From contig CBDBHB010000006.1 in NCBI GenBank assembly GCA_965205505.1, positions 288,001-352,000 of the forward strand: a stretch of 64,000 nt of DNA, in the 5' to 3' direction. This stretch comes from Acidobacteriota bacterium (GTDB lineage: Bacteria > Acidobacteriota > UBA890 > WLXD01). The notes under the pieces are model-generated. The model was not told the origin of the DNA. It saw nothing but the letters and a program-made list of their open reading frames with translations, and did not search any database. The position numbers and the translations under genes were made by a program. Below are positions 19,211-28,427 of the stretch, piece after piece; within the stretch, counting starts at the first letter, position 1, and every line of letters begins with the position of its first letter.

Positions 19211-19977
19211 TCCAACGAGCCGCCATAGATCGGTACGTCCTGCTGATCGTCTCCGTGACCTTGTTTGCGGCGTGCAACGACGCGGTCGAACGACCGGACC
19301 ACGACCCGCAGACCGAAGAGCTGGTACGTCAGTACCTGACGGACAACCCAGGGTTCCTGCTCGACAATCCCGAGCTTCTCGCAAACGTTCGGGTGGCGGG
19401 GCAGGCGCGCGATGAGCAGCGTGACGCGGAGGCGCGCCGGGCGATTCTCGACGCCCGCGCCGACATCGTCATTGACCCGGAGCTGACCCCGACGATCGGC
19501 TCGACAGGCGCATCGGTAACGATCATAGAGTTCTCCGACTACCAGTGCGCGCCGTGCAAGGCGAGCTATCCGGAGATCGCGGCGGTGGCCGCATCTGACG
19601 GTGACCTGCGTCTCGTTCATAAGCAGCTGCCGGTGTACGGGAGCCACTCGGTGCTCGCCGCTCGGGCGGCAACGGCTGCTCATCGGCAGGGAGGCTTCGT
19701 TGGGTTCCACGACGCGCTGATGACCACCATGACGCCGCTGACCGCGGAGCTTGTCTACGCTACTGCCGATGATCTGGGACTCGATGTGGACGCGCTCCGG
19801 CGAGACATGCGGGATCCGCGACTGATCGAGTATCTCGCCGCCGTCAAAGAGCTCGCCGAAGCGCTCGATATCGACAGCACACCGACCTTCATCGTTGGCG
19901 ACCATCTCGTCCGCGGCGGTCTGAACGCCGAGCTGCTGCGGGAGTTGGTGCAGAAGCAACGCGCTGTGGATGGCTGA
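19207..19977 (+). CDS. DsbA/ScsC-like thioredoxin-fold lipoprotein
   Basis: Lipobox LFAAC, LVRQYLTDNP N-terminal helix, EFSDYQCAPC active site, cis-Pro loop STPTF. GTGA overlap with the upstream gene. Confidence 0.88.
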   Translation: MIQRAAIDRYVLLIVSVTLFAACNDAVERPDHDPQTEELVRQYLTDNPGFLLDNPELLANVRVAGQARDEQRDAEARRAILDARADIVIDPELTPTIGSTGASVTIIEFSDYQCAPCKASYPEIAAVAASDGDLRLVHKQLPVYGSHSVLAARAATAAHRQGGFVGFHDALMTTMTPLTAELVYATADDLGLDVDALRRDMRDPRLIEYLAAVKELAEALDIDSTPTFIVGDHLVRGGLNAELLRELVQKQRAVDG

Positions 19978-20090
19978 TTGCGTTGCAACTGCCTGTCCCG
20001 CACATAGCTTTGCTGTTCGCCAACCCCCTCGGCGCGGTGCGCGTTCCGGCCAGCCGGTCAGTGAACTCCCGGCGTTGCCTCAAGGCCCCT

Positions 20091-20193
20091 AGCTTCGAAG
20101 AGTACCTGGTGGCCGGGCGCGATGACGACGCCGATCCTGGTTTGCACGTTGGCGTCTACCTATTACGGCCTCGACGTGCTGTTCGGTACGTGA
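20091..20193 (+). pseudogene. Short remnant of a sodium:solute symporter N-terminus
   Basis: Two frames read SFEEYLVAGR / MTTPILVCTLASTYYGLDVLFGT*, resembling the SSS motif DYxxAGR...TLxxT..G. The rest of the gene is absent. Confidence 0.5.
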
Positions 20194-20197
20194 GGCC

Positions 20198-20329
20198 ATG
20201 AACGGTTGGGACCTGTTTACCTGGATCAACGCGCTAGTGCTGGCGGCGAGCGCGGTAGTGATCTTTGCTTACTTCTTACGTGACGCCCGCGCAGTACTCG
20301 GGCGTCAGGGGCGTGACCACGATGAGTGA
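20198..20329 (+). CDS. 43-aa single-TM microprotein
   Basis: GAGG RBS, ATG 20198. MNGWDLFTWINALVLAASAVVIFAYFLRDARAVLGRQGRDHDE*. Stop overlaps the MOSC gene start. Below the ORF-track length cutoff. Confidence 0.6.
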   Translation: MNGWDLFTWINALVLAASAVVIFAYFLRDARAVLGRQGRDHDE

Positions 20330-20876
20330 GCTCGCTGGGTCGGTCGTATCCGTCCACAGTGGTGACCATGTCGACTTGCACAAAGAAGAGCAGCCGGAAG
20401 TTCAGGCGCAGCTCGATGGCTTCGTCGGCGACAAGCACCGCGGCTACTCGCGTGTGGCCTTCGCGGGCGACATCGATCCGGTGGGCACCGTGCGGCGAAA
20501 CGAGCGTCAGTGGTCAGCAGTGTCGATCGAGGAGCTCGAGGTAGTCGCGCAGCGGATGGATCTGCGGGAGCCGCTCGCCGCCTCGACGCTGGGAGCAAAC
20601 CTGTGCTTCCAGGACATCCCAGATCTGTCCGGGCTGCTGCGGGGTACACGCTTACACTTTCCTTCCGGAGCCGTCTTGCGCGTCGAGGAGTGTAATCCGC
20701 CCTGCGTCGAGATGGGGGACCAAATTGCCGCCGCCTACACCACCCACGCCGGTGGTCCGGTGGTCGCCGCCATGTTTCCCAAACACGCGCTGAACCTGCG
20801 CGGCGTGGTCGGGGTGGTCGACGTGCCCGGCCCCATCAGGGCGGGTGACCGCGTGGTAGTCAGATCGGCGCCGTAG
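20322..20876 (+). CDS. MOSC domain-containing protein
   Basis: GSVVSVH, GFVGDKH, RQWSAVSIEEL, LGANLCF, ECNPPC, RGVVGVVDVPGPIRAGD. Confidence 0.85.
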   Translation: MSELAGSVVSVHSGDHVDLHKEEQPEVQAQLDGFVGDKHRGYSRVAFAGDIDPVGTVRRNERQWSAVSIEELEVVAQRMDLREPLAASTLGANLCFQDIPDLSGLLRGTRLHFPSGAVLRVEECNPPCVEMGDQIAAAYTTHAGGPVVAAMFPKHALNLRGVVGVVDVPGPIRAGDRVVVRSAP

Positions 20877-20912
20877 CGTCGGGCGCTTTGCGCAAGTGCT
20901 ACTGCTGCACGT

Positions 20913-21646
20913 CTACTTGCGTACCAATGCGTCGAAGATAGCGTTGCGGATGCGCGGGGTCGGTCGGTCACGTAGCTCGGCGTCGTCGAGCGACTCGGCG
21001 ATCTTCATCAGCACCGTCGAGATACGCCGCGGTGCTCCACCGCCTTCGCGAGCCCGCGCACCAGTCGGGCGGGATGAAGGGCGGCAACCTCGGCAAGAAA
21101 CACGCCGCCATAGTTTCGCGCCGTACGGATGTGCGAGGCACATTCCTGCGGTTCCATCCAGCGCACTTCGTCGTCGGTGGCTCCGAGCGCCCGCCAGTCG
21201 TCGAGCTCTTCCCTGACGTGCGCGTGGAACATTTTCGAGGTGGCGATGGTGATATTGCCCCCTTTGGCCCAGTTGCAGTCGATCTCCTCCTGTACACAGA
21301 CACGCCCGACCTCATCGACGGTGTTGAACAGCGCCCGCTGCAAACGAATCGCGCCGTTGCGCTGAGCTGGATCGTGCAGCAGCTGGCCGATGCCGGCCAT
21401 GGTGCCGAGACACCATCCCCCGTTGCGGCCCGACGCCCCGAATCCGGCGATCTCGGCCTCGAGGATGGCTATACGGATGCCGGGCTGACGCTCAGCGAGG
21501 TAGTACGCGGTCCACAGCCCGGTGAACCCGGCACCGACGATAACGACATCTACTCGCTTGTCGGTGGTCAGGCCGGGGCGCGGCGCCAGCGGCTCTGGAA
21601 CCGTGTCGTGCCAGAAGCTGAGGTTGCGGTACTCGTTAGCCGACAC
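20913..21646 (-). pseudogene. FAD-dependent oxidoreductase (DAO/PuuB-like) with a large internal deletion
   Basis: GTG start with GAGGGG RBS. SFWHDT, VGAGFTGLWTAYYL, GASGRNGGW, HPARLVRGLA..VEHRGV, then the frame breaks at about 21025. A C-terminus-like tail (ISTVLMKIAESLDDAE...FDALVRK*) follows in another frame. Confidence 0.8.
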
Positions 21647-21679
21647 GCGGGCCCCCTCGGGAGCGCCCGCTGCATCCGA

Positions 21680-23374
21680 TCAAGGTCGCTGCTCCAGATC
21701 TCGCCCGAGCGCCTCGATGCGCGTCGCTTCGTCGAGACGGCCGAGGGCGCGCAGCTCCGCAGCCAGCACCGGGTAGGTCGAAAAGCGCCCGGGGTTGAGC
21801 CGCCGCGCGCGCTCCAGTGCCACCACCGAGCTCTCGTGGTTGCTGAGCGCGGCGTACGTCATACCGAGGTTGAAGGCAACGAGCCAGTCGTCCTGCGCTA
21901 GCTCGGCGGCGCTCTCGAACAGCTCGAGCGCTCGCTCGAGGTTGTCCTGGCGAAAGTAGTACAGCCCCTGGATGTTGGCGAGGCCGATCTGCGTCACGCG
22001 GTTGGTCTCCAGCTTCTCCTGTTCGTCTGCGGCGGTGAGCGTTCGGTAGCGTTCCATCAGCTGCCGGCTCTCGTCGGTCTTGCCACGATCCCGCAACACC
22101 AGCGCTAGCGTGTAGTAGCCCTCCAGTAAGTCGGGGTTAAGCTCCAGAGCCCGTCGGCAATACGTCTCGGCAGCGGCGAGGTCGCCCATTTCTCGACGCA
22201 CCCGACATAGCTCCTTGTGCGCTAACGGGCTGCGCGGCACGGCACGGATGGCGCGGGTCAACAGCTCATCGGCGACCTCCGGCTGGTTGCGCTTGACGTA
22301 GATGTCGGCCAGACGAATGTAGGCGCTGATCCCCCGGCGGCGAAGCTCGATGGTGCGCTCGTATTCGGTGATCGCCGTCTCGTATTCGGTAATCGCCGTG
22401 TCGAAATCGCCCTGGTTGTCCGACATGACGGCGAGCTCGAGGTAGGAAGGTCCGGCGGCCTGTGGTCCCTCGGCAGCGCGGAGAAAAGTGGCCCGCGCCT
22501 CGGTGTAGTTGCCCATCTGCAACTGCATCCGCCCCTTGAGCAGGTAGAGCCGCGGATCCTCGATGCCGGCTCGCTCGCAATCTCCGATCAAGCTCACAGC
22601 CTGCTCCGGGAGGTACAAGCGTCGATACGCACGGCTGAGCGCCAGGCAGCTATCGCCTTCGTGCGGGCGCTGTTCGAACACCTTCTCGAACGCCTCGGCG
22701 GCCTTCAACACCGCCTCGAGTTCAGTGCCGTGCTCGCTCAGGAGCCGCCCTAGCAGCAACCAGGCGTCGGTCGTCTGCGGCGCAACGGCCACACATTCCT
22801 CAAGCTCTATGATGGCTTGAGCGTGGTCGCCGAGCGCCGCGTAGGCGAGCGCCAGGCCGTAACGCGGCAGCGCTACCTCCGGATTCAGCCGCGAAGCGGC
22901 GCGCAACCAGTTGATCGCTTCCTCGTGCCGCCCGACCCGGAGCAGGGCGATGCCGAGGTTGAACTGGGTGACGAACAAGTCGGGCGCCAACTGGGCTGCC
23001 TGGCTCAGCAGCGGCAACGCTTCGTCGGAGTACCCGAGCTCGAGCAAGGACCGTCCAACCTGGCTGCGCGCGATGGGGTCGTCGGGCTCGAGCACCAGGG
23101 CGCCGTCGAACGCCTCCAGCGCTTCCTGGAAATCACCGTTCTGCAGCGCCGCGGCGCCGGCCAGCAGCAGAGTCTGGAACTCGTTCAGCTCCGCTGGGGG
23201 AGCTTGGTCCTGGGTGTTGGCGAGTACCCCCGACGATCCGAGGCTGCCCGTCGCCGGGGCCGGGGGGGCCGCCGGGTGCAGACCCACCAGCACGCCGAGC
23301 GCGCCCGCAACCAGGATCGACCGGTGCCAGAAGTTGATTGTCGTGAATCGAGTCAAACTGTGTTGATCCGCCAT
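21680..23374 (-). CDS. Tetratricopeptide repeat protein (exported or membrane-anchored)
   Basis: GAGAGG RBS before ATG 23374. N-terminal hydrophobic segment and many TPR units (FNLGIAL, YGLALAY, ALELNP). Confidence 0.85.
   Translation of the reverse strand: MADQHSLTRFTTINFWHRSILVAGALGVLVGLHPAAPPAPATGSLGSSGVLANTQDQAPPAELNEFQTLLLAGAAALQNGDFQEALEAFDGALVLEPDDPIARSQVGRSLLELGYSDEALPLLSQAAQLAPDLFVTQFNLGIALLRVGRHEEAINWLRAASRLNPEVALPRYGLALAYAALGDHAQAIIELEECVAVAPQTTDAWLLLGRLLSEHGTELEAVLKAAEAFEKVFEQRPHEGDSCLALSRAYRRLYLPEQAVSLIGDCERAGIEDPRLYLLKGRMQLQMGNYTEARATFLRAAEGPQAAGPSYLELAVMSDNQGDFDTAITEYETAITEYERTIELRRRGISAYIRLADIYVKRNQPEVADELLTRAIRAVPRSPLAHKELCRVRREMGDLAAAETYCRRALELNPDLLEGYYTLALVLRDRGKTDESRQLMERYRTLTAADEQEKLETNRVTQIGLANIQGLYYFRQDNLERALELFESAAELAQDDWLVAFNLGMTYAALSNHESSVVALERARRLNPGRFSTYPVLAAELRALGRLDEATRIEALGRDLEQRP
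22358..22399. repeat. 21-bp tandem duplication (2 copies, 1 mismatch) inside the TPR gene
   Basis: ctcgtattcggtgatcgccgt / ctcgtattcggtaatcgccgt; encodes TAITEYE twice. Confidence 0.85.
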
Positions 23375-23396
23375 CGGGCTGCCTCTCGACATGGTT

Positions 23397-25757
23397 TCAG
23401 CTACCGACCCTCGCCTGGGCGCGCTCGGCGAGGCGGGCATTCAGGCGGGACAGGTCGTCCCGGCCGAGTCGATTGTAGATGTCTGCCAAGAGGAAGTGCC
23501 CCAGCGCGCGATCCCGCGGCGGGATCCCGCTCACCGCCAGGGCTCCCTCGACCAACTCGATGGCCTCCTCGTAACCCTGACCGCGCACCAGGTGGATGCG
23601 TGCCATGAAGAGACGCGCGCGCGGGAACATCGGATCGATCGTTAGCGCCAGCTGGAGATAGCGCTCCTCTTGCTCCAGATCTTGCAGGTTACGGTGTATC
23701 AGGCTCAGGTTGAACGCCGACATCAGGTGCCCGGGCGAGATCTCGAGCTCGCGACGGTAGGCGGCGATCGCCTCGTTCAGTCGACCCCGGCGCTCGAACA
23801 GCTGGGCCCAGGTGAAGTGCAGCTCCGGTATCTGGTCGTTGAGCTCCTGGGCGCGATCCAGCTGCGGCTGGGCGAGCTCGATACGACCGAGTTGCATGTG
23901 CGCGCTGGCCAGCCCGACGTGCGCCCCGGCCATGTTGGGGTCGAGCTCGAGCGCTTGGTTGAACGCCGCGATCGCTTCCTCATGGCGCCCGCTGCGCTGG
24001 TAGATGCCTCCGAGGGAGAGTTGAACCCGGGCGTCTGGCTCCAGCACATCGGCGAAATCGGTCAGCACCCGCTCGGCATCATCGGTCCGCCCTGAGCGCA
24101 TCTGAGCGTTGGCGAGGAACAGCACCATGCCGATGTCGTCTGGCTTTCGGGCGATCGCCTCCTCGAAGACAGGGATAGCCTCGGGGTAACGTTCCTGATC
24201 GCTCAGCAGGTTGCCGAGCGCTTGGTAGGCATCGATCACCCCGGGGTCGGCAGCGATGATGCCACGGAACAGCGATTCCGCCTCCGCTAGCTCAGACCGC
24301 AACGTCAGCGACCGCGCCCTCAGGAGATCGTTGTAGATGTCGATCTTGCCTACGGGGCTGGCTCGGATCTCGGTGTCGTCCTCGATGGAGTCGGCGAAGT
24401 TGCCCAGATATCCGAGGGCGGCGAGCCGCCGGCGGGTTTCCTCGTCGAGCGTCACGGCCTCGGCCAGACCGCCATCCTGCTCGTAGTCCGCTACCAGGGT
24501 GTCGGCCTGCTGACGTAGCAGCTCGGTGGTGGCGGCGCGCTGCTGCGACAGGTTCACGGCCTCGTCCGGGTCCGATGCCAAGTCATAGAGCTCCGGCTCG
24601 GACGACATGATGAGCTTGTACTCGGGGCTCAGCAGGACACGTAACTCGCTCCAACCGAAGTGCAGCCGCGGGTAGTAGGTCTCGGAGTAGACCAAGCTGT
24701 CGGTGCGCTCGGGAGCGCCGGCGCCGAGCAGCGGGACCAGGCTCTGGCTCTGCACCTCGGACGGAATCGGCAGCCCGACCAGCGTGAGGATCGTGGGCAT
24801 GATGTCGACCAGCGACACGGGCTCGGATCGCCGTACGCCCTGATAGGCCGCAAACGGTGTGGAGATTACCAGGGGAACGCGGATCGTCGCTTCATAGAGA
24901 AAGAAGCCGTGCTCGATCTCGCCGTGCTCACCGAGGCTCTCGCCGTGGTCCCCCGCTACGATCACGAAGGTATCCTCACGGCGGCCGCTGCTGTCGAGCC
25001 AAGCGATCAGGCGACGGAGCTGCGTATCTGCATAGGCGATCTCGCCGACGTACGGGCGTTCCGGATATCGGTCGCGAAATTCAGGCGGTGGCTCGTACGG
25101 GGTGTGGGCGTCGAACATGTGGACCCACAGGAAGAACGGCGCCGATGGATCTTGGCGGGACCACGCCAGCGCGGCGTCGACCACGTCCGACGCCGGCCGC
25201 TGGATGCTCGCCAGCGCGATCATGCGCGTCCGGGGCACCTCGAACTCGTCGAAGTAGGTGTCGAAGCCCTGCGCCAGCCCGAAGCGCCCGTCGAGGACGA
25301 ACGACGAGACGAACGCCCCCGTCCGATAACCGGCGTCGCGGAACAACTCCCCCAGCGTATCCAGATCGTCGGGCGCCACAAAGGCGCCGTTGTCGCGCAC
25401 GCCGTGGTAGGGAGGGTACGTGCCGCTCATCAACGACGTATGCGATGGCAGCGTCAGCGGCGTCGCCGAGTAGGCGCGCAGGAAGGTAACGCCCGCAGCG
25501 GCCAGCCCATCGAATGCAGGGGTCTCGATGTCGTCGTAGCCATAGGCCCCGATGCGGTCGGCCCGTGTCGTGTCGAGCGTTACCAGCATTACGTTCATCT
25601 GTCGGTCGCCGCGCAGCGAGGCGATGTCAGGTGCAGTCGTCGGTGCCGACAACAAACGATAGCCGACATACGCGAGCGCCGTCACGACCGCCAGGCCTAC
25701 CACGGCGCGCACTGCTATGGTTTGCCAGCTTCGTGATCTGGAGGTCAGCTTGGTCAT
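23397..25757 (-). CDS. Sulfatase-like (alkaline phosphatase superfamily) hydrolase fused to C-terminal TPRs
   Basis: TM anchor, LVTLDTTRAD, TPLTLPSHTSLMSG, FLWVHMFDAH, AGDHGESLGEHGE, ELYDL, RLAALGY, then TPRs. ATG 25757. Confidence 0.9.
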   Translation of the reverse strand: MTKLTSRSRSWQTIAVRAVVGLAVVTALAYVGYRLLSAPTTAPDIASLRGDRQMNVMLVTLDTTRADRIGAYGYDDIETPAFDGLAAAGVTFLRAYSATPLTLPSHTSLMSGTYPPYHGVRDNGAFVAPDDLDTLGELFRDAGYRTGAFVSSFVLDGRFGLAQGFDTYFDEFEVPRTRMIALASIQRPASDVVDAALAWSRQDPSAPFFLWVHMFDAHTPYEPPPEFRDRYPERPYVGEIAYADTQLRRLIAWLDSSGRREDTFVIVAGDHGESLGEHGEIEHGFFLYEATIRVPLVISTPFAAYQGVRRSEPVSLVDIMPTILTLVGLPIPSEVQSQSLVPLLGAGAPERTDSLVYSETYYPRLHFGWSELRVLLSPEYKLIMSSEPELYDLASDPDEAVNLSQQRAATTELLRQQADTLVADYEQDGGLAEAVTLDEETRRRLAALGYLGNFADSIEDDTEIRASPVGKIDIYNDLLRARSLTLRSELAEAESLFRGIIAADPGVIDAYQALGNLLSDQERYPEAIPVFEEAIARKPDDIGMVLFLANAQMRSGRTDDAERVLTDFADVLEPDARVQLSLGGIYQRSGRHEEAIAAFNQALELDPNMAGAHVGLASAHMQLGRIELAQPQLDRAQELNDQIPELHFTWAQLFERRGRLNEAIAAYRRELEISPGHLMSAFNLSLIHRNLQDLEQEERYLQLALTIDPMFPRARLFMARIHLVRGQGYEEAIELVEGALAVSGIPPRDRALGHFLLADIYNRLGRDDLSRLNARLAERAQARVGS

Positions 25758-25797
25758 CAGGGCTCGTCGCTGATCAGCGGTGCGCAGGGGTCCATCG

Positions 25798-28251
25798 TCA
25801 GCGCTGTGTCCCGTCTCGGAGCTGCATCCCAAGACGGGCGTGCTGGTTGGAGAGCTCGTTTCTTCCGAGTCGATTGTAGATGTCCGCGAGCAAGAGATGG
25901 CCCAGCGCCTGGTTCTGCCTGGTGATCTCTTGCGGTACCCGACGCGCCGTCGATGATTCCATTCGCACCAACGCCTCCTCGACGAGCGACAAGGCCTCGT
26001 CGAGGCGCTCGTTCTTCACCAGGTGGATGCGAGCCAGGAACAGGCTTCCACGGGTGAACTGCGGGTTGATCTCGAGGGCCAGACGCAGGTACCGCTCCTC
26101 CCCGACGAGGTCGCGTCGGTTGCGGTAGATGACGCTGAGGTTGATCGCGGCCCTGATGTTGCGCGGCACGTTCTCGAGCTCGCGGCGGTAGGCGGCGATT
26201 GCCTCGTCCGGCTGTCCTCGGGCCTCGAACAGCAAGGCGCGATGGAAGTGCAGATCGGCGAGGGTATCGTTGAAGCCGCGCGCCAGGTTCAGGTGGTCAT
26301 CCGCCAGGCGCGGGCGGCCGGCGGCCAGGTGGACGGCGCCGAGCCCGAGGTGCGCGGCGCCCATGAGATTGTCGACCGGCTTGGGTGCGGTTCGCAGCAG
26401 CCCTGGCATGTCCGCCAGACTGCCCTCGCTGAGGCGCAACGCCTCGTTGAAGTAGGTTGCCGCCTCGTCGTAGGACCCCGTGGATCGCTTGATCTGCCCT
26501 AGGTTGATGTAGAACCGGGCATCCGGCTTCGGGACGTCGATGAAGTCCAGCAACAGAGCCTCGGCCGCGTCCATCCGACCGGCCTGCATCTGCGACTTGG
26601 TGAGATGCACTACCAGGCCTGCATCTTCGGGCCTCATAGAGAGCGCGGTCTCCAAGACTTCGATTGCCTCCTCGTAGCGGAACTGCTCCAAGAGCAGAGT
26701 GCCGAGCGACTGGTGCGCATCGACTACGCCGGCATCCTCGGCGATGACCCTCCGCAGGAGCGTCTCGGCCTCGGCTACCTGGTCGCTGAGGGTCAGGCCG
26801 CGGGCTCGGATCAGGTCGTTGTAGATCTCGATCTTGTCCCTCGGGTTGGCGCGCTCGACGTCCGGGTCGTCGGCGTCGGCGCTGTAGGTGCCGATGTAGC
26901 CGAGCGCGGCGAGCCGCTGCCGCGTCGCCTGGTCGACTGCGACGGTGTTCGCTGGGTTGCTATTCTCCTCGAGCCGCGCCACCAGCTCCTCGGCCTCCCG
27001 GCGCAGCGCCTCTGCCGTGGCGGCGCGCTGTGATACGAGGTTCTGCTGTTCTCCGGGGTCCTGCACAAGATCGTAGAGCTCCGGCTCGGGCGAGATGATG
27101 AGCTTGTAGGTTGGGTCGAGGATCGCCTGGAGCTCGCTCCAGCCGAAATGGAGGCGCGGGTAGAAAGTCTCGGCATAGACGCGCTCGTCGCGCCAGCCCT
27201 CGACCTCGGCGTGCCTGGCAAACAGCGGTACCAGGCTCCTGCCCTGCACCTCCTCGGGGGTCTCCAGCCCGGTCAACTCCAGCACGGTCGGCATGACGTC
27301 GATCAACGAGACCAGCTCGTGACGCTGGATGCCCTGCGGCTCGCCGAATGGCGCGGCGATGATCAGCGGCACCCGGATGGCCGACTCATACAGCAGCAGC
27401 CCGTGCTCGTTCTCCCCGTGCTCGCCAAGGCTCTCGCCGTGATCGGCTGCCACCACCACGTAGGTGTCGTCGGACAGACCGGAGTCGTCCAGCCACGAGG
27501 TCAGCCTGCCCACCAAGGAGTCGGTCCAGGCGATCTCACCGACGTAAGGCCGATCGGCGTATCGTGACCTGAAGGGCTCCGGCGGCTCGTATGGGGCGTG
27601 CGGATCGTACAGGTGTACCCACATGAAGAACGGGGTCGTGTCGTCCTCGCGGGCCCAGGCCAAGGCGGTGTCGATGACCTCCGATCCGGGACGCTGCACG
27701 TGGCCCAGATCGATCTGTCCTTGCTCGGGCGCCTCGAACTCGTCGAAGTAGCGGTCGAACCCCTGCGCCAGGCCCCAGCGCGAGTCGAGGACGAAGGCCC
27801 CGACGAAGGCGCCGGTGCGGTAGCCGGCCTCCTGGAAGCTCTCGGCCAGGGTCTGCAGCCCTTCCGCGGCAACGTACGCGCCGTTGTCGCGCACCCCGTG
27901 GTAGGGCGGGTGGGTGCCGGTGAACAGCGACGTGTGCGAGGGCAGCGTCAGCGGCGTTGGGGCGTAGGCGCGCATGAAGGTGACGCCGCGGGCGGCAAGC
28001 GCATCGATAACAGGTGTGTCGACGTCGTCTGATCCGTAGACTCCGATGTGATCGGCGCGCGTCGTGTCGAGCGTCACCAGCACGACGCTCATCTGCCGGT
28101 CGCCGCGCCGCGAGCCGAGGTCCGGCGCCGAGCCCGGGAGGCGCCAGAACAGATATCCGATGAGGGTCGATGAGAGCACGATCGCCAGGGTGATGCCGGC
28201 GCGAACGGCTCCGGGTCGACGACGAAACGAGCTGGCAGTGGAGTGGGTCAT
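25798..28251 (-). CDS. Second sulfatase-like hydrolase/TPR protein (paralog)
   Basis: LVTLDTTRAD, TPLTLPSHTSLFTG, WVHLYDPH, AADHGESLGEHGE, RLAALGY, TPRs. ATG 28251. Confidence 0.9.
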   Translation of the reverse strand: MTHSTASSFRRRPGAVRAGITLAIVLSSTLIGYLFWRLPGSAPDLGSRRGDRQMSVVLVTLDTTRADHIGVYGSDDVDTPVIDALAARGVTFMRAYAPTPLTLPSHTSLFTGTHPPYHGVRDNGAYVAAEGLQTLAESFQEAGYRTGAFVGAFVLDSRWGLAQGFDRYFDEFEAPEQGQIDLGHVQRPGSEVIDTALAWAREDDTTPFFMWVHLYDPHAPYEPPEPFRSRYADRPYVGEIAWTDSLVGRLTSWLDDSGLSDDTYVVVAADHGESLGEHGENEHGLLLYESAIRVPLIIAAPFGEPQGIQRHELVSLIDVMPTVLELTGLETPEEVQGRSLVPLFARHAEVEGWRDERVYAETFYPRLHFGWSELQAILDPTYKLIISPEPELYDLVQDPGEQQNLVSQRAATAEALRREAEELVARLEENSNPANTVAVDQATRQRLAALGYIGTYSADADDPDVERANPRDKIEIYNDLIRARGLTLSDQVAEAETLLRRVIAEDAGVVDAHQSLGTLLLEQFRYEEAIEVLETALSMRPEDAGLVVHLTKSQMQAGRMDAAEALLLDFIDVPKPDARFYINLGQIKRSTGSYDEAATYFNEALRLSEGSLADMPGLLRTAPKPVDNLMGAAHLGLGAVHLAAGRPRLADDHLNLARGFNDTLADLHFHRALLFEARGQPDEAIAAYRRELENVPRNIRAAINLSVIYRNRRDLVGEERYLRLALEINPQFTRGSLFLARIHLVKNERLDEALSLVEEALVRMESSTARRVPQEITRQNQALGHLLLADIYNRLGRNELSNQHARLGMQLRDGTQR

Positions 28252-28427
28252 GATGGCTTGGAGTCGGCACCGGTCGATGAGGCCGAGCGGTGCGCGGCGC
28301 GGCACTCCGACCAGGGGTTGCCCGACGGGCATCCATGTAGTTTATAGGTGTACTGGGGCGGCTCACCAGATCGCCGGCCCGTGGATGCGAGGCGATCCTG
28401 CCGGTGAGGCTCAGACTTCGGTTGAGG

